DNA of 64,000 nucleotides from Bacteroidota bacterium (GTDB lineage: Bacteria; Bacteroidota; Bacteroidia; JABEUT01): positions 17,845-81,844 of the forward strand of contig JABCZW010000003.1 in assembly GCA_013289475.1 (NCBI GenBank), read 5' to 3'. The notes under the pieces were generated by a model, which did not search any database, was not told the origin of the DNA, and saw nothing but the letters and a program-made list of their open reading frames with translations. This document shows, piece after piece, positions 62,407 through 64,000 of the stretch (the stretch's first letter is position 1; every line of letters starts with the position of its first letter). The translations under genes were made by a program, and so were the position numbers.

Positions 62407-62895
62407 TTAACTGTGCATACTTATAAATACTACATACAATTGACCTTCTTCCTCCTTGTTAACCATATTAGTTACTCCGAATTCGTCATACTTGTAACCG
62501 TAATATGAGTTCTCTAACACATTAAAGGTTTCTTTAGGTATATCGCAGAGTTCATATAATTGGTCCGCATACTTCTTAAGTAGCCATATTTCATGGCGGT
62601 CCCACTTAGTGAAATCAGTTTCTCCATTGGCTATTATCTCTTTGACGGCCAATATGTAATCATCAACGTTAAACCATCCTTTTACCATAGAGTTTATACT
62701 TTCAATCGTTTCTGTGGCCTCGGGAGGGTAAGACCCGTCCTTGTCGTTGATAAAAACTTCGTTGGCTTCGGAGACCGCCCCGCAAATAGTACGCCAATTA
62801 TTGTCGTCACCATATTCCGAAATTTCGCTTTCTACGTAGTCGCAAGCCTCTTTTGGACTTTTTGCTTTTACTACTGCTAAATGTAGGTTATACAT
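62407..62895 (-). CDS. Hypothetical phage-like protein
   Basis: 162-aa acidic ORF, DDNNWRTICG, C-terminal YVVFISMHS; A-rich leader. Confidence 0.65.
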   Translation of the reverse strand: MYNLHLAVVKAKSPKEACDYVESEISEYGDDNNWRTICGAVSEANEVFINDKDGSYPPEATETIESINSMVKGWFNVDDYILAVKEIIANGETDFTKWDRHEIWLLKKYADQLYELCDIPKETFNVLENSYYGYKYDEFGVTNMVNKEEEGQLYVVFISMHS

Positions 62896-63558
62896 GATTT
62901 GTTGGTTTTAAGATGTTTGCTAACTCTAAAGCCTCTGCTTATAAATAAGTCAAAATAAAATCTATTGCAATTGTTTATCTGTTAGTTGTTGCTTCTTTAC
63001 GATTATAGAAGTATTCCCTTTTATTGTTGCGGCTTCCCAAGAGAATACTTTCTAGCGAATGTTAGCAACCCAAGTTCTGTGTTATACTTGCCCAGGATTG
63101 ATTAGGGAGCTTTCAATAAGGTGCTTCTATGTAAATTCCTTCCTAATCCATTTAATGAGGCGCAGACAGCTCACTCCTTACTTAATATCACAGAGCATAT
63201 CCACAACCTCTATTCCAGGGAATAAAAGTTTACCGAAACAAAAGTTACCTACGTGCCATATAATTCTTGTCGTTTTCACCTGCACATTTTTTCATGTTTA
63301 CTTGTTAACTGAGTCACACGCGAAAATGAGTTACACCGTGAACCCCGTTTACTCACCTCTACACACTCTTCCTTGTATTCAGAAACATATGCAGAGGGGG
63401 AGCGGGAGCTTTTCTTCTTATTTTACTTTACATAAAGTTAACTGACGTAACTGCGTGACCCGTGAACTGTCGTTAACCCCGTGACATGTCACTCCCCTGT
63501 TTCTCTAAGAAAGAGAATACTGGATGGTGAGGGGGTCAACGTGGTAAAGTATAAAATT

Positions 63559-63999
63559 CTACTCCCCAGGTACCCACAGTTTCGTTTTGAGCGGAGGGAT
63601 AGCACCAACCCAGGTAGAAAACTCCTCTGCGAAAACGTCCTTACAGAACTCTATTTCTGTTGCCGGCAGCACGATAGAGTCATGTAATGTGTAAACCGGC
63701 ATATCTATTTTGCGTTTACACAGCCCTCTGGCCACTCCGGACAGCATAACCTGAGCCTCTACATGCTGGAGAAGCACCGGAAGCGCCTTGTGCGTCCGTA
63801 CCTTGTAGGCCTCTAAAAGGGCATAGACTGTCGGGTAAATGGCCTTAAATACCCTCTTGAGCAGCGCACCATCCTGTGAGAAGTACCCGTTCTTGGAGTA
63901 AAGTATCATGTAGGTTGCCTCCTTCATTATCTCCCTGTCGAGGTACATCCCTATGCCTGCCTGTTTGATCCTCTCAATGAAAGCGGTATAAAAATCAAC
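63559..63999 (-). CDS. DNA polymerase A-like protein, C-terminal part (partial, begins beyond window)
   Basis: Frame open to the window edge: VDFYTAF...REIMKEATYMILYS (motif B-like), LQHVEA, and YTLHDSIV (motif C-like HD). Confidence 0.65.
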   Translation of the reverse strand, partial: VDFYTAFIERIKQAGIGMYLDREIMKEATYMILYSKNGYFSQDGALLKRVFKAIYPTVYALLEAYKVRTHKALPVLLQHVEAQVMLSGVARGLCKRKIDMPVYTLHDSIVLPATEIEFCKDVFAEEFSTWVGAIPPLKTKLWVPGE

Positions 64000-64000
64000 T

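Larger units (their letters stand above)
45235..64000. mobile_element. Putative tRNA-Arg-anchored genomic island / accessory region (right end not seen)
   Basis: Core genes stop at the tRNA; downstream are short direct repeats, orphan ORFs, truncated genes, Fic, phage-like ORFs and a PolA-like gene. No integrase or tRNA-Arg 3' duplicate seen in the window. Confidence 0.6.

Noticed and set aside
63059..63445. 128-aa + strand ORF
   Set aside because: No recognisable motifs, atypical composition, opposite to neighbouring genes, and overlaps the repeat-motif region.

Overview
AT-rich bacterial chromosome segment, almost certainly Bacteroidota: it has T9SS C-terminal sorting domains, SprB repeats, TAnnTTTG -7 promoter boxes and a DUF5686-type protein. 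1-4.4 kb is a TolC(3' end)-CzcB-CzcA RND efflux operon. 4.3-23.4 kb is a surface-glycan locus with Wzm/Wzt, a sulfotransferase, FdtA, a GNAT, two methyltransferases, three DegT-like aminotransferases and six glycosyltransferases (five in alternating orientation), interrupted by a T9SS GloVer/SprB protein with a C10 tract upstream. 23.5-45.1 kb is mostly core genes: gatC, hflX, tandem amidohydrolases, wbpD-wbpB-nucleotide-sugar dehydrogenase-rfbB, cyclophilin, SDR, a cystathionine lyase/synthase, rfbA, lptB and a UvrD-PD-(D/E)XK helicase-nuclease. A tRNA-Arg(CCG) at 45163-45234 starts an accessory, island-like region that runs to the window end. That region holds short direct repeats next to the tRNA, two genes each headed by a ~54-bp repeat resembling an antisense tRNA 5' half (the best candidate for an undescribed cassette system), a MORN/YwqK protein, a three-gene T9SS cluster with a 2854-aa giant, a head-to-head Fic/DUF2779 deletion scar, phage-like small ORFs and a partial PolA-like gene. 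All assignments come from motif recognition by eye; no database search was run.
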